Below, piece after piece: positions 30,146-38,638 of a stretch of DNA of 64,000 nt. Source of the stretch: a bacterium (GTDB taxonomy: Bacteria; Patescibacteriota; Minisyncoccia; Phycocordibacterales; UBA5272); assembly GCA_027482685.1 (NCBI GenBank), contig JAIXVU010000008.1, forward strand, positions 68,652 through 132,651, given 5' to 3'. Position numbers and translations under genes: made by a program. Every line of letters starts with the position of its first letter. Position 1 is the stretch's first letter. The notes below the pieces were generated by a model that worked only from the letters and a program-made list of their open reading frames with translations, was not told the DNA's origin and made no database searches.

Positions 30146-30892
30146 TTATTTTGTAAGGATTATAGTGCAGTCATGTCCGTAGGGATCTTTGAGGAATGAG
30201 TAATTTGTCCAGCCATTTTGGAGGGCGAGGTGTTCGATAGTTTCGCGTTGGGTGATGTCGAATTCAAGGTAGAGAGTACCGCTAGACTTTAAAAATTCTT
30301 TTGCGCGACTAAGGACCTGTTTATGGTAATAGTAACCGTCTTCTTTATCGAAAAATGAGAGTGGATCTTCGGCTCCTAATTCCTTCATTACCTCATCCTG
30401 CATCTGTGGTGGTACATATGGTGGAACTGCAAAGATATAATCATACGTACCAGAAGCACCTGTCCATGTGTCCCCTGTTACGACTCGTGTGCGGGTTTTC
30501 TTGATATTATTTTTGGTGATTGAAATATTGATCTGCTTGGCAAGCTTCGGGTCAAACTCTATCATGTCGACTGTAGACTCTGGGATATTTTTAAGTATCG
30601 CAAGCCCGATGTTACCAGACCCTGAGAATAGGTCTAATACTCTTGTCGTAAACGCAGGTGGTGAGTTATGAATGTGTTCTAGTGCCTGCGCTACCCAGTG
30701 AGCGGTCTCAGGACGTGGGATCATAGGACGAAGTGACAGGTCGATTTTTGCACCGCAAAAATCGACTGTACCCATCAGATATTCAAAAGCCTCCCCTTCT
30801 GACATGGCCTTCACATCATTAAGAAACTCCACAGTCTCTATGCCTTTATACTTTTCTAGTCGTAATCGTGCGACTTTATCTTCGAACTTCAT
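30146..30892 (-). CDS. prmC: HemK/PrmC-family methyltransferase (atypical VPPY motif)
   Basis: IPRPET, VLDLFSGSGNIG, AVPPY and KDPYGHD. Confidence 0.8.
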   Translation of the reverse strand: MKFEDKVARLRLEKYKGIETVEFLNDVKAMSEGEAFEYLMGTVDFCGAKIDLSLRPMIPRPETAHWVAQALEHIHNSPPAFTTRVLDLFSGSGNIGLAILKNIPESTVDMIEFDPKLAKQINISITKNNIKKTRTRVVTGDTWTGASGTYDYIFAVPPYVPPQMQDEVMKELGAEDPLSFFDKEDGYYYHKQVLSRAKEFLKSSGTLYLEFDITQRETIEHLALQNGWTNYSFLKDPYGHDCTIILTK

Positions 30893-30894
30893 AT

Positions 30895-31653
30895 CTACGA
30901 TACTACCACATATCTATCACGATAAGAGATAAACACCTCCGTTTCAAGACTTGCCTCACATTGCACACTGTGTTCTCCGGAGATTTTCCATGTAGCAACT
31001 AGGTCAGCAACATAGACAGCGGGATTAATAAACATCCCAGCCCACCCCAACCGCGCAGAGACATCAATAAACATTGTATGAACTAACGGATAGTGTGTGC
31101 ATGCGTAGAGGATATGTGTTGCATGCATTTCTTTTGCATATAGTATTGCCTTTTCTATACTTTTCATAATTGCAATCGTATCACCTTTTTCTATCTCACC
31201 AGCAAGAGTGGTTAGTGTATATGTTCTATGAGGAATAATTTTCTCACTTAGTATGGATTGATACACACGAGATGAAATTGTAGCTTCTGTTCCGATAATC
31301 AGTACATTTGCCCCGTCAAGTAATCCAATAGCTCGAACACCATCTATCATATCAATATATGTATCCCGTGTAATACCAATCTCTTCGAGAAGTTCTTCAG
31401 TTGTAGTAACAGACATACTATTACACGCACTTACGAAATGTGTTACACCTTGTGATTTGAGGTATACAAGAATGTTTTTTATGTATACAGTTATTTCTTC
31501 TTTAGACTTGTTGCCATATGGTGCATTCGCGCAATCACCGTAGTATAGAATATTTGCAGGTGTTACTTTCTGTAGTTCTTGAAGCACCGAAAATCCCCCT
31601 ACACCAGAATCAAACACTCCAAGAAGTGGTTCACCTTTCATTGTATTAGCCAC
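30895..31653 (-). CDS. murI: Glutamate racemase
   Basis: GVFDSGVGGFSV, APYGNKS and catalytic ACNS and ACTHY. Confidence 0.92.
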   Translation of the reverse strand: MANTMKGEPLLGVFDSGVGGFSVLQELQKVTPANILYYGDCANAPYGNKSKEEITVYIKNILVYLKSQGVTHFVSACNSMSVTTTEELLEEIGITRDTYIDMIDGVRAIGLLDGANVLIIGTEATISSRVYQSILSEKIIPHRTYTLTTLAGEIEKGDTIAIMKSIEKAILYAKEMHATHILYACTHYPLVHTMFIDVSARLGWAGMFINPAVYVADLVATWKISGEHSVQCEASLETEVFISYRDRYVVVS

Positions 31654-32548
31654 GTATCCTCTGAACTACGCGCGCGGTTGAATGCTCACACTTCTCACTA
31701 CAAAACCCAGGACCCTCAGCTGACATACATGACGGACAAATGAGAAAGAGCATGTTACATTCGGCATTTGCACAATTCTGATACTTCTCCGTCTTGTCAT
31801 CACAACGTTTACATCTACCGATTATCTCGCGCTCACCGCCAAAGTCCATAACGAGCCGTTCATCGAAGGTATAGAGAGTACCGAGGAAATCCTTCCCAGG
31901 ATATTTCTCCATATAACTATGCATACCTCCATCTAGCTGATGGACATCTTTGAAACCTTTCTCAAGAAGCAGCGCTGACATTTTTTCACACCTAACACCC
32001 CCAGTACATACTGTAAGTACGGTCTTATCTTTAATATCAGGAATTTGTTTTTCTATCACATCTAATTTTTCTGGAAGCTCTCGAGACGCGGTCATGCCGG
32101 GGTCAATTGAGTTCTTGAAGTGTCCCGACTCATACTCGTATGAGTTGCGCATATCTATCACAACAAAATCTTTCTGTGACTCGTACCATGTACGAAGTTC
32201 ATCAGGCGATAGATGTGGGGCAGTTTTTGTACGAGGGTCAATACTTTTAGGAAACTTGGTTGCAACTATCTCATCACGAACTTTAACCGATAGCTTTGGG
32301 AATGATACTCCAGTTCCTGCGCTACGCTTTATCTGCATATCGGAAAAACGAGTGTCAGTTAGAAACTCTTTTAAGAAACTCTCAGTATCATCATGCAATC
32401 CTTCAAGTGTAGAGTTAATACCCTCCTCTGCAATGATGATACGACCTTTGAGGTTATACTTTTCACACAACATTCTATATGTACGCTTGAGCTCTTCAGG
32501 ATTGTCAATTGTGATATATTTATAAAACAAAAGCACTTGATATGTCAT
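31646..32548 (-). CDS. trhO: Rhodanese-related tRNA U34 hydroxylase (TrhO/YceA family)
   Basis: KGRIIIAEEGINSTL, DMRNSYEY..GHF, CTGGVRCEK and C-terminal Cys cluster. Confidence 0.88.
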   Translation of the reverse strand: MTYQVLLFYKYITIDNPEELKRTYRMLCEKYNLKGRIIIAEEGINSTLEGLHDDTESFLKEFLTDTRFSDMQIKRSAGTGVSFPKLSVKVRDEIVATKFPKSIDPRTKTAPHLSPDELRTWYESQKDFVVIDMRNSYEYESGHFKNSIDPGMTASRELPEKLDVIEKQIPDIKDKTVLTVCTGGVRCEKMSALLLEKGFKDVHQLDGGMHSYMEKYPGKDFLGTLYTFDERLVMDFGGEREIIGRCKRCDDKTEKYQNCANAECNMLFLICPSCMSAEGPGFCSEKCEHSTARVVQRIRG

Positions 32549-32728
32549 AAAAAATATTCTAACAGAAAGAGTGCTGATAGCAAAACAAAAACTAATTGTA
32601 AGCATAATAGAGGTTTTGTAGACAAAGTGTTTTTTTGTAGTAGTATGAAGACCACTATCGACCTGTGTACCGATCGATATCGTGCCTTACGTGGCAACCT
32701 GTTCATTGAGAAAACCGGAGAATCGCAC

Positions 32729-33091
32729 ATGACAAATGCTATGACAGAATCCGATATCTCACCGTTTCTAAACTACGAAGATGCTGTTGCCGTTGCAATA
32801 GCAACACTAAGCTCATCTGTTGCTCTTTCCTGTGACAGGAATACGGTAAAGCTCACAGTGTTCGAAGCATACGTGCCAGCTAACAAAAAACTAGATACCG
32901 GCACCAACTGGGCAAAGGCTATCATTGTTTTCACAAGTGCCACAGCAGGCATTCATCGTGTCGCTGTAGTTTCGCATGCAGTTGACGGTGGCTGGAGCAA
33001 ATGGGAGCATGTTCTGCTTAAGTACAGTCCCTTCTTCCGCGCGCAGGAGGGCGTGATAACACCCACGCCAAAAAGACTGCTTGCTGCCTAG
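32729..33091 (+). CDS. Hypothetical orphan protein
   Basis: GGAG SD before ATG 32729. Hairpin at about 33118-33146. Confidence 0.6.
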   Translation: MTNAMTESDISPFLNYEDAVAVAIATLSSSVALSCDRNTVKLTVFEAYVPANKKLDTGTNWAKAIIVFTSATAGIHRVAVVSHAVDGGWSKWEHVLLKYSPFFRAQEGVITPTPKRLLAA

Positions 33092-33152
33092 TGATACAAG
33101 TGAGACGCCCTGATACAAGAGTGGTAGCCGTTAAGGTTACCACTCTTTCTGT

Positions 33153-34706
33153 TTATTTTTTATTATCAAGCGCTTTAATCAAGTCTCCCTTTGTGCCATC
33201 TACTTTCTTACGTGGATTGAGGATCTTTTCCGGATCGAAGAGATGTTTTATTGTTTCAAAAACACCATATAACTCTTCACCATAAAAATCTTTAACAAAT
33301 GGTGTACGGATAATCCCGTCACTATGATCTGCACACATATTTCCACCTAACTTTTTAATAAGAGTAAAAACATCATGGGTAAGAGCAATAATCTTCTCTC
33401 CAACATTAGCATCATTAAAATCAAATAGTGGAATAATGCGAAGCGATCCGTCCCCAATATGCCCGTGATACGCATACTTGATACCATGACCTTCAAGTAT
33501 CGGAATAAGTTCTTGTACGAATGTCTCAAACTGATCAAGTGGAAGTATGACGTCTTCAATGCACGGCACTGCTCGTATGCCATCTTTATTATGATCTCTA
33601 ACAAGAGTGAAGGAGTTACGACGTATCTGCCAGAGATTCTCACGAGTTGTAGTATCAGTAACATGAGTTGCGCGGACATTATGTTCGTGTAATAAACGGA
33701 GACAATCCTCAAGTACAACAGATGTCTTATCATCATTTTCTTCACTAAACTGAGCAAGCACCATGGCTTTCGTTGATGATGTGATAAATGGCTCAACAGT
33801 ATCAGCAATTTCTTTTAAGTGAATACGAGCCTGCTCAAAGGTATGAATGTCAAATGTCTCTACACATTCTGGATTATGCTCTTTTACTTTAGTAAGAATA
33901 AAAGGAAGATCGTGAAGTGAGTCAATAGTAATTGCGATAAGTTCTGTATGCTGTGGAATAGGTACGAGACGAAGTTTTGCAGAAACGATTATCCCAAGTG
34001 TTCCCTGTGCTCCGACAAAGAGTGGAGTCATGTCGAAGATTTCATCATGAATAACTTTATCTAATCGATACCCTGATGCGACTTTTGTAACACGACCCAT
34101 TCTTTCTTTAAGATGTGCGCCGTACTTGGTATGTAGCGCTGCGACTTCTTGTTCTTGTGCTGTTGTGAGAGCTTTGAGTGACTTTGGTTCTGTTATTATT
34201 ACACTCCCATCAGCAAGGACTACTGTAACAGAAAGTACGTTATTGATAGTTGCTCCGAAACGTACACTTTTCTCACCTGATGCGTTGTTACCTATCATCC
34301 CTCCTATTCCACACATTTTGCGAGATGATGGATATGGTGCAAACATGATACCAAGCGGCTCGGTCAATGCCTCAATATCACGAAAATACGCCCCCATCTC
34401 TACCGTTGCTGTCATTGTATCTTTATCGACATGGATTGCATTCATATAACGTGTCATGTTAAGCATGTACCCGTCATTAAGAGATCCAGCTGACATGCAT
34501 GTTCCACCAGCACGCACTGAAAGATTGATATTAGGATTAGTTTTTTTCTCTTCTGCTACATGCTTCACAACTGCGATAACATCATTAATGTTCTTCGGGT
34601 AGACAATTGTGCTAGGCATCACCATAAACGCACTTGCATCTCGTGCATGTGCTAGTCGCGCCTCATCTGTTGTATCGATATCACCGGTGAAATTTTGTAT
34701 TGTCAT
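33153..34706 (-). CDS. FAD-binding oxidoreductase (D-lactate dehydrogenase/GlcD-like)
   Basis: RAGGTC, IGGMIGNNASG, GAQGTLGII, HGHIGDGSL and DHSDGIIR. Confidence 0.92.
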   Translation of the reverse strand: MTIQNFTGDIDTTDEARLAHARDASAFMVMPSTIVYPKNINDVIAVVKHVAEEKKTNPNINLSVRAGGTCMSAGSLNDGYMLNMTRYMNAIHVDKDTMTATVEMGAYFRDIEALTEPLGIMFAPYPSSRKMCGIGGMIGNNASGEKSVRFGATINNVLSVTVVLADGSVIITEPKSLKALTTAQEQEVAALHTKYGAHLKERMGRVTKVASGYRLDKVIHDEIFDMTPLFVGAQGTLGIIVSAKLRLVPIPQHTELIAITIDSLHDLPFILTKVKEHNPECVETFDIHTFEQARIHLKEIADTVEPFITSSTKAMVLAQFSEENDDKTSVVLEDCLRLLHEHNVRATHVTDTTTRENLWQIRRNSFTLVRDHNKDGIRAVPCIEDVILPLDQFETFVQELIPILEGHGIKYAYHGHIGDGSLRIIPLFDFNDANVGEKIIALTHDVFTLIKKLGGNMCADHSDGIIRTPFVKDFYGEELYGVFETIKHLFDPEKILNPRKKVDGTKGDLIKALDNKK

Positions 34707-34972
34707 AATACTTATGAGTATACATTGAAATATGGAATAGGTGTGTGGAAGGAGAATTTTATACCTAATATTATAAGTTTCGTTCTAACACTGTGACCCT
34801 TCAAATCTCAACGTAACTCAATATAGGCTGGTTAATTCAACCCTACAAAATATTAAATCCCGAAACTTTATGTTTCGCGATTTAATATTTTGCACACACT
34901 GATGGATGAAGTAAGAACTAGAATTATGAATTGAAATTAAAAACTTTTAACTCCATTCAACTTATTAAATAA

Positions 34973-35896
34973 CTATACAATTTTAATTACAACACTACCC
35001 TTTTTACGACCTGTATCGACATATATATTAGCCTCTACAATTTCCTCCAACTTAAATGTCCTGTCAATAGTAGCCTTTAATTTACCGTCATCGAACATAC
35101 TAGCAAGCTCTTCCAAATTTAATGACATCTCTTTTGCTACATCAAAACCATTAACAGTTATATATTGACCATTAACTGCTATAAGGTGCTTAACTTTAGC
35201 TTTTGAAATTTTACCAACTGCATCAAAAACTATATCAAATTTTCCTTCAATCTCGCTAAGGTCTGTAACTTGGTAATCATAGACTTTGTCAGCTCCAAGA
35301 GTTTTCGTTAAGTCTAATCCATCTTTACTGCACACAGCAGTAACACTGCAGCCCAAGTATTTTGCAACTTGTACAGCCACTGACCCAACAGCACCAGTCG
35401 ATCCGTAGATTAATACTTCCTTATTTTTACTGGCACCTGCTTTACGTAAAAAGTATAATGCGGTGCTGCCCACGAAAGGTAACGCACTAGCTTCTTCAAA
35501 ACTAGCTAGCTTAGGCTTTAGCGCAATTGCTTCTCTAATAGGCAGAGCACAATACTCACCATAAGCTCCAAAATTAAATCCTGTCATTGCAAACACTTCG
35601 TCACCAATTTTAAACTTATCTACACCTTCACCAAGCTCTACTATTTCGCCTGCTAATACGACACCAGGCACACGTCTTGGTTTTACTATACCTAGTAAAA
35701 AACGTATAACAATTTTTGCAATGAAACCTTTAAGTCCTGGACCTGCATCCAATGATCTCATTCTTACATCTGCCGAATTCACAGAAGCTGCTTTAACTTT
35801 AATTAAAACCTCCCCCTTCCTAGGTTCTGGCTTCTCAATATCTTGAATACTTAAGACATCAGGCCCTCCATAGCCACTTGCAATCACTGCTTTCAT
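34973..35896 (-). CDS. NAD(P)-dependent alcohol dehydrogenase/quinone oxidoreductase (MDR family)
   Basis: MKAVIASGYGGPDVL, GSTGAVGSVAVQVAK, FDIVFDAVG and GRKKGSVVI. Confidence 0.92.
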   Translation of the reverse strand: MKAVIASGYGGPDVLSIQDIEKPEPRKGEVLIKVKAASVNSADVRMRSLDAGPGLKGFIAKIVIRFLLGIVKPRRVPGVVLAGEIVELGEGVDKFKIGDEVFAMTGFNFGAYGEYCALPIREAIALKPKLASFEEASALPFVGSTALYFLRKAGASKNKEVLIYGSTGAVGSVAVQVAKYLGCSVTAVCSKDGLDLTKTLGADKVYDYQVTDLSEIEGKFDIVFDAVGKISKAKVKHLIAVNGQYITVNGFDVAKEMSLNLEELASMFDDGKLKATIDRTFKLEEIVEANIYVDTGRKKGSVVIKIV

Positions 35897-36120
35897 ATTT
35901 TTATTTAATATTTTTTTATAGTAAGGAATTTTACTTTTACAGTATACCTTTTCTGTGTCCATTGCACTCGTAACAAAAGAATCATATTTCTATTACCATT
36001 TTTCTAGATGCGGTCGATGGGATTTGGTCACAAATTTATCTTACTTTTATATTCATGGGTTTAGCTATAAGTTTCGTTTCGTCGCCACTCAACGAACTCG
36101 CAGTCCATCGCTTGCGATTC

Positions 36121-36216
36121 TCGATGGGATTTGGTCACAAAACTTCTCCTCGCAAGCTCGTCGATAAAGTTTCGCGACCCCTATTCAAATCCCAACGCCC
36201 ATGACGCAGGTCATGG
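36121..36216 (-). repeat. tRNA-trailer element (Asp-adapted copy)
   Basis: Core homologous to 38496-38601. Arms match the tRNA-Asp T-arm. Confidence 0.8.
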
Positions 36217-36281
36217 ACTTCTATCTCGTCACGAAAAGTAAAAAGTACCGATTTATTAAAATCGATACTTTTTACTTTTTG

Positions 36282-36355
36282 CGCGGTCGATGGGATTTGA
36301 ACCCACGACCCCTGCCGTGACAGGGCAGTGCTCTAACCAGCTGAGCTACGACCGC
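36282..36355 (-). tRNA. tRNA-Asp(GTC)
   Basis: GCGGTCGTAGCTCAG...CT GTC AC...GGTTCAAATCC...CGACCGC-G. No CCA. Confidence 0.96.
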
Positions 36356-36526
36356 ATCTTTTATTTTTTACTTGCAAATCTTCTAAAACATTTGCAGTTA
36401 CAACATTCTACCATATTTATAGGAACATTCAAGACAACTTTCAAGACAACTTTACTGTGATACACTAATCAAATTATCTTTATACCCCAACTAGTTACTA
36501 ACAACTAATTACTAATAACTATCCCT

Positions 36527-37756
36527 ATGGCTTCATTTTCTCCTAAAAAATACTTCAAAAAAATTGGCACACCCTCACTTATCACTAAGTACTATAATAC
36601 ACATGGACTAGAGGTGCTATTCCCAATTTCCGAAGGAACGCCAAGAAAACAAATTATAGACATGCTCATCGAAAGTCATAAGAACTTATCACCAGAAAAA
36701 AAGATTCTTATTTCACAAGAGCTTGCCGTACTTGACACAGTGTCAAATAAACAAACTGTACTCTTATTACCAAGTATTTTCAAGGAGCACAGGGTTGCAA
36801 GAAATGAAGAGATTGAATGCCAAACAGATGCTGACAAAATATTACACATATACATCTACCATGATGATATTTTTAAAGAAATACTTTTCTTAAACGATTT
36901 TTACAAAAATCGTTCATATATGATCTATGAAGCGCCAGAGATTGATATCAAAGCAGCAGAGTATAATCTCACTGAGCTTTCAAAAGAGCTAACGCGAATA
37001 TTAAACACTGAGGAACGGGTAACTGATTGTGATGTAACAGGAAAGATACTCAATAACATTCTCTATGTAAGTGCTGTATTTGATGGTCTGCCTGAGATTA
37101 TACCAATACGAAATAATGAAACTGGAGAATTAGATAGAAGTAATACTCGTAGAAAAGTAGAGCAGATACGTTTCGTATACCTGCCTCAAGACAAAGAAGT
37201 ACTACTAGCATACAAAGGAAACAAAGAAGAGAAAAATATTCTTCTTGATACTTTCCTTAGGATAGTATGTAAAGGTAATGGTTTTGAAGATAAGATTGAA
37301 TCATTTGATTTAGAAAAAATTAAAAACAAAAACTTTGACTTTTTAACTAATAAGAAAAACATTCCTTTGCTTACATGGAAAATAAAAGCGCTTACGCTTA
37401 GCTTTGGTGGAGATGAGAAGTTTAAGAAAAAGCTACGCATCACTCTACCTAGTTCTGTCCATTCTCACGGACTAACACCATTATATGAAGCACTTGAGGA
37501 AATAAAGCTTTCTTCCGACCTTGAATCTTTTGAAATAGAAAATGTTTCTTTTATGTTTTCATTTACTGATAAAACGACACCAGACGCTACTATCAGTACA
37601 GCGTGTACCGTATCACTTCTAAAGTCCTCTCTATGTCCCCTCTTTGAGTATGAACGCCTCGCAAGATCACTCCTTAAGCAGTCAGGGATTGACGAAGGAT
37701 TTGTAGAACAAGCAGTAAAAGAAAAAGATGAAGTGACGAAGAAGTGGGAAATATAG
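36527..37756 (+). CDS. Hypothetical protein (409 aa) between tRNA genes
   Basis: Long AT-rich ORF. No motif recognised. Confidence 0.8.
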   Translation: MASFSPKKYFKKIGTPSLITKYYNTHGLEVLFPISEGTPRKQIIDMLIESHKNLSPEKKILISQELAVLDTVSNKQTVLLLPSIFKEHRVARNEEIECQTDADKILHIYIYHDDIFKEILFLNDFYKNRSYMIYEAPEIDIKAAEYNLTELSKELTRILNTEERVTDCDVTGKILNNILYVSAVFDGLPEIIPIRNNETGELDRSNTRRKVEQIRFVYLPQDKEVLLAYKGNKEEKNILLDTFLRIVCKGNGFEDKIESFDLEKIKNKNFDFLTNKKNIPLLTWKIKALTLSFGGDEKFKKKLRITLPSSVHSHGLTPLYEALEEIKLSSDLESFEIENVSFMFSFTDKTTPDATISTACTVSLLKSSLCPLFEYERLARSLLKQSGIDEGFVEQAVKEKDEVTKKWEI

Positions 37757-37945
37757 CGAGGGGTGGGAATGCCTGCAAGTTCCATGTCATCGACGCTCTA
37801 TGGACTTGCAGGCTGTTGCTCGCAATTCAGGCCTCTACCCTCACAACGCTCCGCCGGTTGTTCCTACCACAAAAGTAAACACTGACTTTCTCACCGACAC
37901 AAAATACAAAAAGTTAAGTCAGATGACTTAACTTTTTGTATTTTG

Positions 37946-38019
37946 TGTCGGCGGGTGGGAACGATCCACCGACCTTGGGCTTATGAGTCCCACGCTCTAA
38001 CCAACTGAGCTACGCCGAC
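37946..38019 (-). tRNA. tRNA with CAT anticodon (elongator Met or Ile2), atypical T-loop
   Basis: GTCGGCG acceptor, CT CAT AA loop, T-arm GGTGG-ATCGTTC-CCACC, discriminator A. Confidence 0.85.
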
Positions 38020-38154
38020 ATATGTATTGATTGTAACCATGCTCATAAGCTCATTAATCAATTGCGCTTATGGTTCCATGTCTCATAACAGCCGAGCTAT
38101 GCGACATACATTACTTGTTAAGTTTGTTTGCACATTTCTAACAATGTAGTACAT

Positions 38155-38221
38155 ATACTACTATAAAAAATATACTTTTTCAATATGTACTCTTGTAAAA
38201 AAACAATACTTGTGGTACTAT
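38155..38221. promoter_or_regulatory. Back-to-back sigma70 promoters for the two CAT tRNAs
   Basis: Minus strand TTGAAA-17-TAGTAT (38183-38155). Plus strand TTGTAA-17-TACTAT (38193-38221) with TG extension. Confidence 0.55.
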
Positions 38222-38361
38222 GTTTTAACTTAGGGTAAGTATAGCTTACGCTAAACAAATGCATAAAAGAAGAATGCAGAGGTAACTCACAAGAGACAAA
38301 TAGCTCTCATAACCTCCGAGGTTATTGATACTCGTTAAAATAATCAAGATAGTAAATATAT

Positions 38362-38432
38362 AGCGGGGTAGAGTAGAGGTAACTCACGAGGCTCATAACC
38401 TCGGGACACAGGTTCGATTCCTGTCCCCGCAA
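38362..38432 (+). tRNA. Initiator tRNA-fMet(CAT)
   Basis: AGCGGGG...CCCCGCA-A with 1:72 mismatch, anticodon arm CGAGG-CTCATAA-CCTCG and TTCGATT loop. Confidence 0.9.
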
Positions 38433-38495
38433 CAAGAATAATAAATGACGTACTGCAATCAGTGCGTCATTTATTATTCTTGTTCGCATTAGAAG

Positions 38496-38601
38496 CATGT
38501 GACCTGCGTCACATGCGGCAGGAATCGAATACGAGGTCGCGAGACTTTATCGAGGAGCTTGCGACGAGAAGTCTTGTGACCGATTCTGTCCCCGCAACAA
38601 G
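38496..38601 (+). repeat. tRNA-trailer element (fMet-adapted copy)
   Basis: Core homologous to the reverse complement of 36121-36216. Ends in a repeat of the fMet 3' end, CTGTCCCCGCAACAAG. Confidence 0.8.
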
Positions 38602-38638
38602 TAAAAGAAAAGCGACATCTTCAGGTGTCGCTTTTCTT

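Larger units (their letters stand above)
34773..36355 (-). mobile_element. Probable small genomic islet at the tRNA-Asp 3' end carrying an oxidoreductase
   Basis: tRNA 3'-end repeats at 36010 and 36121, a degenerate element copy at 34773-34813, and an AT-richer gene inside. No integrase. Confidence 0.45.

Noticed and set aside
36010-36216. Possible mini CRISPR array (repeated TCGATGGGATTTGGTCACAAA)
   Set aside because: Only two copies about 110 nt apart, derived from the tRNA-Asp 3' end, and no cas genes in the window.
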